NCBI GenBank assembly: GCA_963977015.1
Contig: CAXBMO010000021.1
Coordinates: 44,252 to 108,251, forward strand
Length of the DNA: 64,000 nucleotides
Direction of reading: 5' to 3'
Origin: an uncultured bacterium
Lineage (GTDB): Bacteria > Verrucomicrobiota > Verrucomicrobiia > Verrucomicrobiales > DEV007
Shown here piece by piece: positions 9,442 through 19,851 of the stretch (positions within the stretch are counted from its first letter, which is position 1; the number at the start of each line of letters is the position of its first letter). The notes beneath the pieces were generated by a model that saw only the letters and a program-made list of their open reading frames with translations, ran no database searches and was not told where the DNA came from. The position numbers were made by a program, and so were the translations under genes.

Positions 9442-10479
9442 ATGTATCTCCAATCGATCTCCAGCGCCTTTCCTGAGTTTACCTACACGCAGGAAGACTG
9501 CTGGAACACGATCAAGGAATCCCCACTTTCCTCGCTGCTAAAGCCCCGCAGCCTCACCATTCTGGAAAAAATCCTGACCGGCGATTCCGGGATCGACGAG
9601 CGCCACTTTTGCCTCGAAAAACCGGAAGATGTCTTTCTGAAGGATGCCGGCCAGCTCAATCAAGAATTCGAGAGGTTTGCGCCGATGATCTCCGGCAACG
9701 CGCTCAACAGCGCGCTCGATCAGGCCGGCCTTCCCGCCACCGCAATCGACGCCCTTTTCATCTGCACCTGCACCGGCTACATCTGCCCCGGCATTACCAG
9801 CCACCTCGCCGAACAACTCGGCATGCGCAGCGACGTCTACCTTCAGGACCTCGTCGGACTCGGCTGCGGCGCCGCCATCCCGACCCTCCGCAGCGCCGAA
9901 GGCTACCTCAGTGCCAATCCGGACGCGACCGTCGCCGTCATCGCCGTCGAGATCTGCTCCGCCGCCTTTTACATGGATAACGACCCTGGTGTCCTCATCA
10001 GCCTCTGCTTGTTCGGCGATGGCGCCAGCGCCTCCATCTGGCGATCGCGCCCCAGCGACGACGGACCACAGCATCGCCTCCAGAACTTCCAAACCGTTCA
10101 CAAGCCCGAGGATCGCGAGAAAATCCGCTTCGTGAACGCCGAAGGAAAGCTCAAAAACAAGCTGGATCGCTCCGTCCCCCAGCTCGCCGCCGAAACCGTC
10201 GGAGAACTCTTCCGCACCGCCAGTCACAACGGCGACATCGACCAGATCCTCGCCCATCCCGGTGGCCGCGACGTCATCGAAGCGATCGAAAGCACCCTCC
10301 CCGACTATCAGCTCCAGGAAAGCCGCCACGTTCTCCGCAACTACGGCAACCTCAGCAGCCCCTCCGTCCTCGTCGCCCTTGAGCACCACCTCGCCAACGG
10401 CCATCCCCAGGACAACCTCTGGCTCACCTCATTCGGAGCCGGATTTGCCTGCCACTCGGCGGATTTTGTTCGCAGTTGA
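9442..10479 (+). CDS. Type III polyketide synthase (chalcone/stilbene synthase family)
   Basis: GLGCGAA (Cys), LFGDGASA, AHPGG (His), YGNLSSPSV (Asn), FGAGF; start taken at ATG 9442. Confidence 0.92.
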   Translation: MYLQSISSAFPEFTYTQEDCWNTIKESPLSSLLKPRSLTILEKILTGDSGIDERHFCLEKPEDVFLKDAGQLNQEFERFAPMISGNALNSALDQAGLPATAIDALFICTCTGYICPGITSHLAEQLGMRSDVYLQDLVGLGCGAAIPTLRSAEGYLSANPDATVAVIAVEICSAAFYMDNDPGVLISLCLFGDGASASIWRSRPSDDGPQHRLQNFQTVHKPEDREKIRFVNAEGKLKNKLDRSVPQLAAETVGELFRTASHNGDIDQILAHPGGRDVIEAIESTLPDYQLQESRHVLRNYGNLSSPSVLVALEHHLANGHPQDNLWLTSFGAGFACHSADFVRS

Positions 10480-10521
10480 AGAAGATTTGACCTTGGGAAC
10501 GGAAGAAAAGCCGTCTCCGGA

Positions 10522-10700
10522 GAGCCGGAGGCTCATCCCGAAACTAGCCGGCGGTAAAGCGAAGCGGAACCACCGGATCAACGGCGAACCCGAGATGCGT
10601 CCCGGCAGGGACGCCAGAACCGTTCTCGCGCACCTTCCGGCGCGCCATGTTCTTTGCCGTCGGGGGCCCCGGGGTTTCACCCGCGCTAGGCTCGGTTGTC
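10522..10700. repeat. REP-like dispersed palindromic element(s), related to 31752-31848
   Basis: GAGCCGGAGGCTC...CTAGCCGGCGGTAAAGCGAAGCGGAACCACCGG matches the reverse complement of 31794-31848; followed by an inverted partial copy starting TTCTCGCGCACCTTC. Confidence 0.6.
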
Positions 10701-10933
10701 CCTCCGGGACGCTGTTTTGGACCCTTGTGGCGGATCGGGTGGCGGGTGATTTTTCGAAACGTTCGTGACTTCCGCCACCGCTCCCCGTGTCTACAGATCT
10801 GACGTTCCAACCACTTTTGGTCTAGGGATCGTGGCGCTCGCAAGCGGGAGACGGAACCGTTCGCGGGCGCCACACTCTGGAATGGGAAAAACCGGGTGGG
10901 ATTCGTGCCAGGACGTGCTATCAGGTTAGCCCC

Positions 10934-12055
10934 ATGAGCACTGAACTCTTGCACGATCTTGATGAAGTCCTTCTCATGGGACCCGGCCCTTCGATGGTTC
11001 CCGAGTCGGTCTTGAAGGCGCTCGCGACGCCGACGCTGGGGCATCTCGATCCCCAGTTCATCGAGTTGATGGATGAGATTCAGTCGATGCTGCGCGATTT
11101 GTTCCGCGCCGAAAGCGGGTTGTGTCTGCCGCTTTCCGGGACCGGTTCAGCCGGGATGGAGGCGACCTTCGTCAATCTCATCGAGCCGGGGGACCGGGTG
11201 CTGATCTTGAAGAACGGGGTGTTTGGAAACCGGATGGAGGATGTGGCAGGGCGTTTGCAGGCGGAGGTGGAGACGCTGGATTATGAGTGGGGGACGCCGG
11301 TGGTGCCGCAGGATTTGCGCGAGAAGTTGGCGAGTTCCGCACCCTACAAGATCGTGGCGATGGTGCATGCGGAGACGTCGACCGGAGTGGCAAATCCGGC
11401 CGAAGAGGTGGCGGAGATTTTGCGGGACAACCCGGCTCTGTATCTGCTGGATTGCGTGACGAGCCTCGGTGGAATGAATGTCGATGTGACCGAGTGGGGC
11501 GTGGATGCGGCCTACAGCGGAACGCAAAAGTGTCTTTCCTGCCCTCCCGGGTTGGCTCCGGTGTTCTTTTCCGACAAGGCGGTGGATGCGCTGCGCTCCC
11601 GTCAGTCGAAGGTGCCAAACTGGTATCTGGATGTGACGATGCTGCTGAGTTATTGGTCGGGCGAGAAGCGCGTGTATCATCACACGGCGCCGATCAACAT
11701 GCTTTACGGGTTGTATGCGGCGCTGGATCTGGTGCTGACGGAGGGGCTGGATGCGTCGTTTGCCCGTCATCGCGCGGCACATCGGCAACTGGTGAACGGG
11801 CTGGATGCGATCGATCTGCAGATGCTGGTGGAGGAGAAATCTCGCTTGCCGATGTTGAATGCGGTGGTGGTGCCGGAGGGGATTGATGAAGCGGCGCTGC
11901 GAAAGCGGCTTCGCCAGGAGTTTCTGATCGAGATTGGCGCGGGTTTGGGTCCGTTGGCCGGGAAGATTTGGCGGATTGGCTTGATGGGGCATACCGCGAA
12001 TCCGGAAAATGTGGATCGCGTGCTTGAGGCGCTGGAGAAATCTGTGTCAGAGTGA
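10934..12055 (+). CDS. Alanine-glyoxylate/serine-pyruvate aminotransferase (class V PLP enzyme)
   Basis: [37 protein letters not shown] (PLP Lys), YHHTAP, WRIGLMG. Confidence 0.92.
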   Translation: MSTELLHDLDEVLLMGPGPSMVPESVLKALATPTLGHLDPQFIELMDEIQSMLRDLFRAESGLCLPLSGTGSAGMEATFVNLIEPGDRVLILKNGVFGNRMEDVAGRLQAEVETLDYEWGTPVVPQDLREKLASSAPYKIVAMVHAETSTGVANPAEEVAEILRDNPALYLLDCVTSLGGMNVDVTEWGVDAAYSGTQKCLSCPPGLAPVFFSDKAVDALRSRQSKVPNWYLDVTMLLSYWSGEKRVYHHTAPINMLYGLYAALDLVLTEGLDASFARHRAAHRQLVNGLDAIDLQMLVEEKSRLPMLNAVVVPEGIDEAALRKRLRQEFLIEIGAGLGPLAGKIWRIGLMGHTANPENVDRVLEALEKSVSE

Positions 12056-12085
12056 GGCTTCAACCTTTGCCCCACCCCTGCCCTC

Positions 12086-13567
12086 ATGATTCCTTCGATT
12101 GCTCGAATTGCGATCCTCGCCCTGCTCTGCCAATGCGCCTTCGCGGAGACTGAGCCGCCCAACATCGTCTTCCTGCTCGCCGACGACCAAAACTTCGATT
12201 CGCTCGGCTGTTATGGGAACGAGGATGTGCAAACGCCGAACATCGATGCGCTCGCAGCCCTTGGCATGGCGTTCGACAATCATTACGACACGACAGCGAT
12301 CTGCATGGCGAGCCGGGCCAACATCCTGACCGGAATGTATGAGTACAAGACGGGCTGCAACTTCAACTACGGCGATTTGCCGGAAAACCGGTGGCGCCAG
12401 TCCTACCCGGTGTTGCTGCGCGAGGCGGGTTACCTGACGGCTTTCGCGGGCAAAATCGGGATCGAGGTGGAGGGAATCGGGCTTCCGCAAAGCGACTTCG
12501 ACGCGTGGGGCGCGGGTCCGGGCCAAACCCACTACCAAACGGCGAAGAACCAATCGATCGCGAAGTATGCGAAGGAGTTTCCCCATTCCTCACGGGCCTA
12601 CGGGGCGTTTGGGCGCGACTTCATCCAGCGCGCAGCCAAGGAGGAGAAGCCCTTTTGCCTTTCCATCAGCTTTAAGGCGCCGCACATGCCGAAGACTCCG
12701 GACTCCGAGTTTGATCACGTGTATGCGGGCAAGGTGTTCAAGAAACCGGCGAACTACGGCCGCGAATTCAGCGAACATTTTTCCGAGCAAAGCAGGCAGG
12801 GTCGCCAGTATGAGCGGTTTCACAGTTGGGGCTATGCGGACAAGTACGATGAGAAGATGCGGCTCTATCATCAGCAGATTTACGGAATCGATGTCGCGGT
12901 CGGGATGATTGCCGAGGCGCTGAAAACGGCGGGAGTCGCCGAGAACACGGTGGTGATCTACACCTCGGACAACGGCTTCTTTTGCGGGGCGCATGGCTAT
13001 GGCTCCAAGGTCTTGCCGTATGAGGAAGGCTCGCGCGTGCCGCTCATTATCGCGGATCCGCGGAAGCCGGCCACGCACGGAAAACGATCCGGTTCGTTGA
13101 CCGGGAACATCGATTTCGCGCCGACGATCCTGACGCTGGCGGGACTGGCCGCGCCCGAAAACGTGGACGGCGTGTCTCTGCTGCCGCTTCTGGAGAATCC
13201 GGAGGCGGAGGTGCGCGAGACGCTGCAGTTGATGAACTTCTGGGGACCACCGGAAACCCATTCGTTCGGAATCGTGAGCCGCGATTGGAAGTATGTGAAC
13301 TGGTCGTATGGCGGAAATGGCCTGACGCCCACCGAAGAGCTCTACGATATGCGGCGCGACAAGCTGGAGTTGACCAACGCGGCGCTGAATCCGGAGAAAC
13401 GTCCCGCCTTGGAACTAATGCGCACGCACTACGACGCAGCGGTTTCGCAGATTGAAGCCAACGCGGTGCGCCCCGCCCACGCCAAATACGGAACCCTTTT
13501 CGACCGCCACCAACCCTGGGACGCGAAATCACACTTGCTCGGCAAGAAGAAGTCCCGAAAGGAGTAG
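12086..13567 (+). CDS. Sulfatase (secreted)
   Basis: Signal peptide, [21 protein letters not shown] (CxxxR), SDNG, RVPLII. Confidence 0.92.
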   Translation: MIPSIARIAILALLCQCAFAETEPPNIVFLLADDQNFDSLGCYGNEDVQTPNIDALAALGMAFDNHYDTTAICMASRANILTGMYEYKTGCNFNYGDLPENRWRQSYPVLLREAGYLTAFAGKIGIEVEGIGLPQSDFDAWGAGPGQTHYQTAKNQSIAKYAKEFPHSSRAYGAFGRDFIQRAAKEEKPFCLSISFKAPHMPKTPDSEFDHVYAGKVFKKPANYGREFSEHFSEQSRQGRQYERFHSWGYADKYDEKMRLYHQQIYGIDVAVGMIAEALKTAGVAENTVVIYTSDNGFFCGAHGYGSKVLPYEEGSRVPLIIADPRKPATHGKRSGSLTGNIDFAPTILTLAGLAAPENVDGVSLLPLLENPEAEVRETLQLMNFWGPPETHSFGIVSRDWKYVNWSYGGNGLTPTEELYDMRRDKLELTNAALNPEKRPALELMRTHYDAAVSQIEANAVRPAHAKYGTLFDRHQPWDAKSHLLGKKKSRKE

Positions 13568-13658
13568 TCGCCTGCGGTGGCGAGCTCCGCAAAGAGGAGT
13601 TCAAGCAGGAGCACTTCGATCACCCCGGCGCGATCCGAACCTGATCGGTCGTTTGGGA

Positions 13659-14504
13659 CTATTCTCCTTTTTGGAGAAGCTGGGGCGCGAATTTCGCGAC
13701 CACGACGGCGGCGATGAGCATGAGGACGAGCGAAACGTAACCGAGAATCAAACCGGTCAGGATTTTGCCTTTCCCTTGATCACCTTCCTCCTCGGAATTC
13801 ATCCGAATCAAGGCGATGTGGCCCATGATGATCGCGGCAGGCCCGAAGAGAAGCGAACCAAAGCACCAGAACGTCACGAACGAGACGATGCCGGAAATCA
13901 GCGTCAGCAACGGCAGGGGTCCCGGCTTTCCACCTTCATCGTCGCTGGTTGACGGAGCGGGTTGAGCCGGAGGATTTGGCCCTGGAGGTTGCGCGGCGGG
14001 AGGCAACGGGGCCGCAGGCGCAGCGGGTGGCGCCGGATCAGCTTGCGGCATCCCATAGGGACTTTGGGTCGGAGCCTGAGGCATTGGCGAGGAACCAGGT
14101 GTGCCGGTCGGAAGCGGACTGCCCGATCCCGGCAACGGTCCCCCTTGCGGCAAACCGCCGTGCCCGGGCAACGGTTGTTGCGGTGCAGGCTGCTGGGGAT
14201 AAGGTTGTTGCGGCGATTGCGCCGGAGCCGATGGGGCGTATCCCGGCGGAGGCGGCACCGCGCTCGGCGGAGCTGGCAACGGCTGCTGTGGCGGAGTCGG
14301 CTGCGTTCCCGAATGCGCCAGACCGTCATTCGCCGTGGGAAGATGCCCAAACCCGCCATCCGGAGCAGCGGGCGCTGAACCCGGCTTGGGCGGAAACTCG
14401 ATCTTTGAGCTGCAAATCGGACACTGAACCGAGGTTCCATAGAAAGTCTCATCTCCGGAGACCTTCTGTCCACATTTGGGGCATGCTACTTTCAGTTCGG
14501 CCAT
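13659..14504 (-). CDS. Zn-ribbon, Pro/Gln-rich, DUF4190-like membrane protein
   Basis: CPKCG...CPIC N-terminus, long P/Q/A linker, C-terminal AIIMGHIAL...GKGKILTGLILGY two-TM motif. Confidence 0.75.
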   Translation of the reverse strand: MAELKVACPKCGQKVSGDETFYGTSVQCPICSSKIEFPPKPGSAPAAPDGGFGHLPTANDGLAHSGTQPTPPQQPLPAPPSAVPPPPGYAPSAPAQSPQQPYPQQPAPQQPLPGHGGLPQGGPLPGSGSPLPTGTPGSSPMPQAPTQSPYGMPQADPAPPAAPAAPLPPAAQPPGPNPPAQPAPSTSDDEGGKPGPLPLLTLISGIVSFVTFWCFGSLLFGPAAIIMGHIALIRMNSEEEGDQGKGKILTGLILGYVSLVLMLIAAVVVAKFAPQLLQKGE

Positions 14505-14741
14505 GACAGGACGGGATCATGAGCGAGGAATCCGGTAAGAATCCAGCGGAAAGTTAAGAAAACCGATGAATCTGGGGAGAAAGGCAAAATCGACACCTCA
14601 GGGTGATCGCCCACCCATCCTTTGACCGACCCAAATGCCAATCAGAAGTCGATCGATCCCACGCGTCAACTCCGGCACGGTCTGGAAATGAGGGAAAGAT
14701 AACACTTTGAGACGGGCCAACCTCCCCATATCGTCTTGCGA

Positions 14742-15974
14742 ATGCTTGCGTCCTCCCGTTTCTCTTTTCTTCAATGGCCGTTGGTCGCATTCTCAGATTC
14801 GGTCGTTCGAGTCCCTGAAGACGCCCTTCTCACCGACCACCTCTCCAAATCCCGCTTTTCCGTTCGTCTTCTCCGCTACTGGTGGGCGGCGCAGGCGATC
14901 CGTCAGGAAGCCAAAAGCCGGGACACGCCCCTCACGATCGTCGACTATGGTTCCGGCAGAGGCTGGTTGAAGAGGTTCGTGGGAAACGATGTCGATGCCA
15001 AATGGATCGCGATCGATTGGAACCCGGAAACGGAACTGCTCGAGCGCGCGGGCTATGACGAAATTCTCCACGCCAACTTTGACCACCCGCTTCCGATCGA
15101 GCCGGGATCCGTTGATGTCGTCTCGTCCCTCCACGTTTTCGAGCATTTGCCGCGCCCGGCCTTTTCCCTCACGCAGATCGAGGACGTTCTCGCCCCGGGC
15201 GGCTGCCTGCTTGCCACGACGCCGACCATGCCGCATTTCCTCGCCTCCTGGCGTCAGGCCATATTCAGACGGCGCCTCGCCGACGGACGCATCTCGCGTG
15301 GCGGCCATATCAATTGTCTCTCGCCGTCCCGGTGGCGCGATCTCGCTGGAGACTGCGGCCTGACGATGGAGTTCATCACCGGTTCCCATCTCATGCGCAA
15401 CACGGGCAATCCGCTGGAAAGCCTGCGCTCCTGGATTCGCTTCAATCAACTTTGGGCCGCGTTATTTCCCTCCCTCGGGTCAGAGGTTTGTCTCCGCGCG
15501 AGAAAACCGGTTGCTCATGAGGATCTCGAAAAGTGGAACCGCCAGAAGCTGGTCAAAACCAAGCGCCGGCCGGAAATCGCGATCAGCATCGTCACGACCG
15601 TGATTGCGCTGGTGGTCGCCGCATTCCTGATCGTCACCAACACCAGCCAGGCCAAAGCCCGCGTCGATAGCATCCTCATCAAGCAGCTCCAAATGGGCGC
15701 GGGACACCTGTTGTTGATCCATCACCCCCTTCTCGAAAACTTCGAGAAGCACACCAACGCGACGATTATTGCGTCTGCTGCCGACATTCCCGGCGCGTTG
15801 GCCACCCTCCCCCAGGACACCCACATCGTGCTGCACGAAGACCACCTTGAGGCTCTGATGCCGAGCGCGAGCAACTACGTTGTCGACTCCCGAATCGATG
15901 TGGATGACGACGATTTCTACCTCATTCGCAAAGGCACCAACGGAACGGCGCTCGATCACTTTTTGTCCAAATAG
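14742..15974 (+). CDS. Class I SAM-dependent methyltransferase with C-terminal TM and extra domain
   Basis: IVDYGSGRG motif I, DVVSSLHVFEHL, LAPGG; hydrophobic stretch IAISIVTTVIALVVAAFLIV. Confidence 0.8.
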   Translation: MLASSRFSFLQWPLVAFSDSVVRVPEDALLTDHLSKSRFSVRLLRYWWAAQAIRQEAKSRDTPLTIVDYGSGRGWLKRFVGNDVDAKWIAIDWNPETELLERAGYDEILHANFDHPLPIEPGSVDVVSSLHVFEHLPRPAFSLTQIEDVLAPGGCLLATTPTMPHFLASWRQAIFRRRLADGRISRGGHINCLSPSRWRDLAGDCGLTMEFITGSHLMRNTGNPLESLRSWIRFNQLWAALFPSLGSEVCLRARKPVAHEDLEKWNRQKLVKTKRRPEIAISIVTTVIALVVAAFLIVTNTSQAKARVDSILIKQLQMGAGHLLLIHHPLLENFEKHTNATIIASAADIPGALATLPQDTHIVLHEDHLEALMPSASNYVVDSRIDVDDDDFYLIRKGTNGTALDHFLSK

Positions 15975-16068
15975 CGTCTCGCAAACACCCCATTCCCTTT
16001 GGGGGACAACTCAAACCGCAGGATTGGACAGCGGCCCGGAGTCGTGGTTACTTACGGTTTCCCCTCAC

Positions 16069-16602
16069 ATGGTTCCACGCAATATCATTCTGATCGGCTT
16101 CATGGGCACCGGCAAATCGACGGTCGGCCAGAAAATCGCAGACAGCCTCGACTTTGAGTTTGTGGATACGGATTCGCTGGTGGTGGAAATGGCTGGCAAA
16201 CCAATCACTCAAATCTTCGAGGAGCAGGGAGAACCGGCCTTCCGGGATCTGGAAACGAAGGCGCTGGAGCAGGCTGCGGACGGTCAGCACCGGGTGATTT
16301 CGACCGGCGGAGGAATCATCCTGCGAAGCGAAAATCGGGCGCTGCTGCACGGTCACGGTTTTTGCGTGTGGCTGCGGGCCAAGCCGGAAACCGTCTACGA
16401 GCGAACCTGCGCAAACAACGAGCGTCCCCTGCTTCAGGGCGAATCTCCGCGGGATACGATCGAACGCCTCCTCGCCGAACGCGATTCGCTCTACCGCCAG
16501 ACCGCCCATTTCAACGTCCGGACCGACGATTTGGTGGTGGAAGATATTTCCTACGGGATCTGCGAAAGCGCGTCGGTGTTCTTTCAGAAACAGGACGGCT
16601 AG
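16069..16602 (+). CDS. aroK: Shikimate kinase
   Basis: NIILIGFMGTGKST, GEPAFRDLE, ISTGGG, RPLL; start taken at ATG 16069. Confidence 0.95.
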   Translation: MVPRNIILIGFMGTGKSTVGQKIADSLDFEFVDTDSLVVEMAGKPITQIFEEQGEPAFRDLETKALEQAADGQHRVISTGGGIILRSENRALLHGHGFCVWLRAKPETVYERTCANNERPLLQGESPRDTIERLLAERDSLYRQTAHFNVRTDDLVVEDISYGICESASVFFQKQDG

Positions 16603-16615
16603 CGAGCGATCGATC

Positions 16616-17653
16616 ATGGCTGAGCCCACGGAATTGAGGTCCCAGATTCGCGAGATTGCCGAGCGCCTGGGCTTTGACGATTGCCGCATCGCGTCGGCCA
16701 ACGAAGCCGCGCACGCCGAGGAATTCCGTCAATGGGTCGCCGACGAATGCTATGGCGACATGGCGTGGATGGCTAAAAACGTGGATCGCCGCACCACGCC
16801 GCAGAACGTCCTGCCCGGCGCAAAATCGACCATCGTCCTCGCCATGAACTACCTGGTCGAGGGCAAGGCGCAAACGCGCGGCAAGTTTGCCCGTTACGCA
16901 TGGGGCAGCGACTACCACGACCTCATCGAGAAGAAGCTGAAGGAGTTCAACGCGGAGCTGGAGGCGATCGGTGGGAAGCAGCGCTACTACGTCGACACCG
17001 GTCCGGTCCTCGAACGCGATTTCGCCTCCGAATCCGGTCTCGGCTGGAACGGCAAGTCGACCGTCCAGATTCATCGCCAACTCGGCACCTGGTTCTTCCT
17101 CGCCGACATCTTCACCACGCTCGACATCGCGAAAGATGAGCCGTTTGGCGACCACTGCGGAAAGTGTACCCGCTGCATCGACGCCTGCCCGACCGACGCC
17201 ATCACCGAGCCACATCGTGTCGATGCGCGCCGCTGCATTTCCTACCTCACGATCGAGCACCGCGGAACGATTCCGGAAGAATTCCGCCGCGCCATGGGCG
17301 ACCGCATCTATGGCTGCGACGACTGCCTCGCCGCCTGTCCCTGGAACCGTTTCGCCCAGCAATCCCACGAAGCGCACTTCGCCGCGCGCGAATTCGTTAC
17401 GGATTGGGATTTGCGCGACTTCCTCGAGCTCGACGACGAAGGCTTTCGCCAACTTTTCCGCAAGAGCCCGGTCAAACGCACCAAGCGCCGCGGCTTCCTC
17501 CGCAACGTCTGCGTCGCGTTAGGCAACGTCGGAACCCCCGAGGATCTCCCTGCCCTCGAACGCGCCGCTCAGGATCCCGAGCCGCTCATCGCCGAACACG
17601 CGGAATGGGCCATCGCCGAAATTCGAGAGCGCGAATTCGCATCGTTAGTCTGA
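16616..17653 (+). CDS. queG: Epoxyqueuosine reductase
   Basis: ARYAWGSDYH, VDTGPVLER, CGKCTRCIDACPT, CISYLTIE, YGCDDCLAACPWN, RNVCVALGN. Confidence 0.96.
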   Translation: MAEPTELRSQIREIAERLGFDDCRIASANEAAHAEEFRQWVADECYGDMAWMAKNVDRRTTPQNVLPGAKSTIVLAMNYLVEGKAQTRGKFARYAWGSDYHDLIEKKLKEFNAELEAIGGKQRYYVDTGPVLERDFASESGLGWNGKSTVQIHRQLGTWFFLADIFTTLDIAKDEPFGDHCGKCTRCIDACPTDAITEPHRVDARRCISYLTIEHRGTIPEEFRRAMGDRIYGCDDCLAACPWNRFAQQSHEAHFAAREFVTDWDLRDFLELDDEGFRQLFRKSPVKRTKRRGFLRNVCVALGNVGTPEDLPALERAAQDPEPLIAEHAEWAIAEIREREFASLV

Positions 17654-17754
17654 AAGCAAAGCCGAAACCCAAAATCCTGGCATCCGCACAAAGCAATCAA
17701 ACCTGATGGCGTTGCGAACCGACTCGCAATGGCTTTTCCAGAGGACAAATCAGC

Positions 17755-18660
17755 TCAGGCCTTAACCTGAGCCATCGCCTTTTCCAGCGCCTCGCGCGAC
17801 GCATTCAGCCCCGCAAATCCGCCGAACTCGATCCCGCAATACCCGCTGAAGCCGGAATCGACCACGATTTGAAGCATCTTGGCGAAATCGATCTGCACGG
17901 AGTTCGCCTCGTCATCCCAACCGCGATCCTTCACCGAAACGCCTTTGGCGAAGGGCAATAGCTCCTCGATCCCGCGATAGGAATCGTAGCTCTCGCCGTC
18001 CCGGATCTTGAAATTCCCGAAGTCCGGCAATGTCCCGCAGCGCTCATGCCCGACGGTCTGAATCACTTCCACAAGCCACTTCGCGTTGCTGGAAAGCCCG
18101 CCGTGATTCTCGACAATCACGTTCATGTCGGACGCCGCGCCAATCTCTGTCAGCTTGGCCAGCCCATCCGCCGCCAATTTCACCTGCTCCTGCCACGTTC
18201 CCGAACTCCCCGCGTTCACCCGGATCGAGTGACACCCGAGAAACTTCGCCGCATCGATCCACTTCTTATGGTTCTCCACCGTCTGCGCCCGCTTCGCCGT
18301 ATCGGGATCGCCGATATTCCCTTCCCGATCACACATGATCAGCAAACTCTTCACGCCCAGATCTTCGGCCCGCTTCTTCATCTCACCGAGATAGGCCTCG
18401 TCCTTCGCCTTATCCATGAAGAACTGGTTCACGTATTCCAGCGCGAAGATCCCGTGATCGCTCGCCACTTTCGCGAAATCCAGATTATCCATCTTCCCGC
18501 CCTTCAACTCCTGAACCAGGGTCCACTGTGCCAGCGAGATCTTGAGCGGCGGCTCGGAAGCTTTTTTCTCAGCAAACGCGGGTGAAGACGTAGCCATGGC
18601 GGTGAGAGCGGCGGTTTTGAGGAAGTTCCGGCGAGTAGGGGTTTCAATGCGTGGGATCAT
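17755..18660 (-). CDS. Tat-exported sugar phosphate isomerase/epimerase (xylose-isomerase-like TIM barrel)
   Basis: TRRNFLK Tat motif, ISLAQW, VENHGG, LPDFGNF, GIEF; start ATG 18660. Confidence 0.85.
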   Translation of the reverse strand: MIPRIETPTRRNFLKTAALTAMATSSPAFAEKKASEPPLKISLAQWTLVQELKGGKMDNLDFAKVASDHGIFALEYVNQFFMDKAKDEAYLGEMKKRAEDLGVKSLLIMCDREGNIGDPDTAKRAQTVENHKKWIDAAKFLGCHSIRVNAGSSGTWQEQVKLAADGLAKLTEIGAASDMNVIVENHGGLSSNAKWLVEVIQTVGHERCGTLPDFGNFKIRDGESYDSYRGIEELLPFAKGVSVKDRGWDDEANSVQIDFAKMLQIVVDSGFSGYCGIEFGGFAGLNASREALEKAMAQVKA

Positions 18661-18805
18661 GAACCTACAGAGGCCAGAACTCACCGCAATTCCAAGGAAA
18701 AATGCGCGCAGGTTTCGGTCCCGCGTCACAACGGCCTCGGGGAATTCGTTGACGAACCCTAACTTTATGCAATCATCAAGCTCTTTTGCGCCTTCCTGTT
18801 CCCAA

Positions 18806-19846
18806 ATGACCGCTGCGATCGCTCTTACCGACACCCAGGATGCTGCAGCGGACGCGATCCGAAGGGCGGTCGAGTTGCTGCAGGCTGGTGAGGTTGTGGC
18901 CTTGCCGACCGAAACGGTTTACGGGCTGGGAGCCGATGCGCTGAATGAGGATGCGGTGGCGAAGGTGTTTGCGGTGAAGGAACGGCCCGAGTTTGATCCG
19001 CTGATCGTGCACTTGTCGGATCGGGAGCAGTTGCGCGAGGTCGCGGAGATTCCGGAGGAGATTGAATCTTACATCCAGCAACTGGTGCAGGAGTTTTGGC
19101 CGGGGCCGTTGACGATCGTGTTGCCGAAAAAGGCGGCGATTCCGGATTTGGTGACGGCGGGGATGCCGACCGTGGCCGTTCGAATGAGCGCGCATCCCAT
19201 TTTCACGAAGGTGGCGCGGACCTTGGGACGACCAATTGCCGCGCCGAGCGCGAATCGTTTCGGACGAATCAGCCCGACGTCGGCAGCGGCTGTGATGGAG
19301 GAGTTGGGGGATCGGATTCCGCTGATTTTGGATGGCGGGGCGTGTTCGGACGGATTGGAGTCGACGATTGTGCGGGTTTCGCCGCCGGAGAAGAACAAGC
19401 CGGTCTATGAGATTTTGCGCGCGGGTCCGGTTACGCCGGATATGCTGAAGCAGTTTGGCCAGATCAAGAAACGCAAGCCGGGGAATGTCGCGAAGGATGC
19501 GCCCGGGCAGTTGGCAAGCCATTACGCGCCACGCACGCCGATCCGGCTCTTGGAGAAGCCGAGCGATTTTGTGGCGGATCCGGCCAAGTCTTACGCGCTG
19601 CTGAGTTACCGCGAAAACCCGAAGGACGGCTATCTGGATCTGCACGAGTGGGACGAAGTTGCGGCGCTGACGCCGGGGTCCGGGAAACAGGCCGAGGCGG
19701 CGGTTCGCTTCTTCTACGTGTTGCGCCAACTGGATCACGCCGGGGTTGACGAGATCATTGCCGAGCCGATGTCGGAAGTTGGACTGGGCATCGCGATGAT
19801 GGACCGCCTGCGGCGAGCGTCGCATCAAGACGAAGCCGGGAGTTAG
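18806..19846 (+). CDS. sua5: L-threonylcarbamoyladenylate synthase (Sua5)
   Basis: VALPTETVYGL, PLIVH, FWPGPLT, AAPSANRFG, PGQLASHYAP, DRLRRAS; start ATG 18806. Confidence 0.94.
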   Translation: MTAAIALTDTQDAAADAIRRAVELLQAGEVVALPTETVYGLGADALNEDAVAKVFAVKERPEFDPLIVHLSDREQLREVAEIPEEIESYIQQLVQEFWPGPLTIVLPKKAAIPDLVTAGMPTVAVRMSAHPIFTKVARTLGRPIAAPSANRFGRISPTSAAAVMEELGDRIPLILDGGACSDGLESTIVRVSPPEKNKPVYEILRAGPVTPDMLKQFGQIKKRKPGNVAKDAPGQLASHYAPRTPIRLLEKPSDFVADPAKSYALLSYRENPKDGYLDLHEWDEVAALTPGSGKQAEAAVRFFYVLRQLDHAGVDEIIAEPMSEVGLGIAMMDRLRRASHQDEAGS

Positions 19847-19851
19847 AATCC

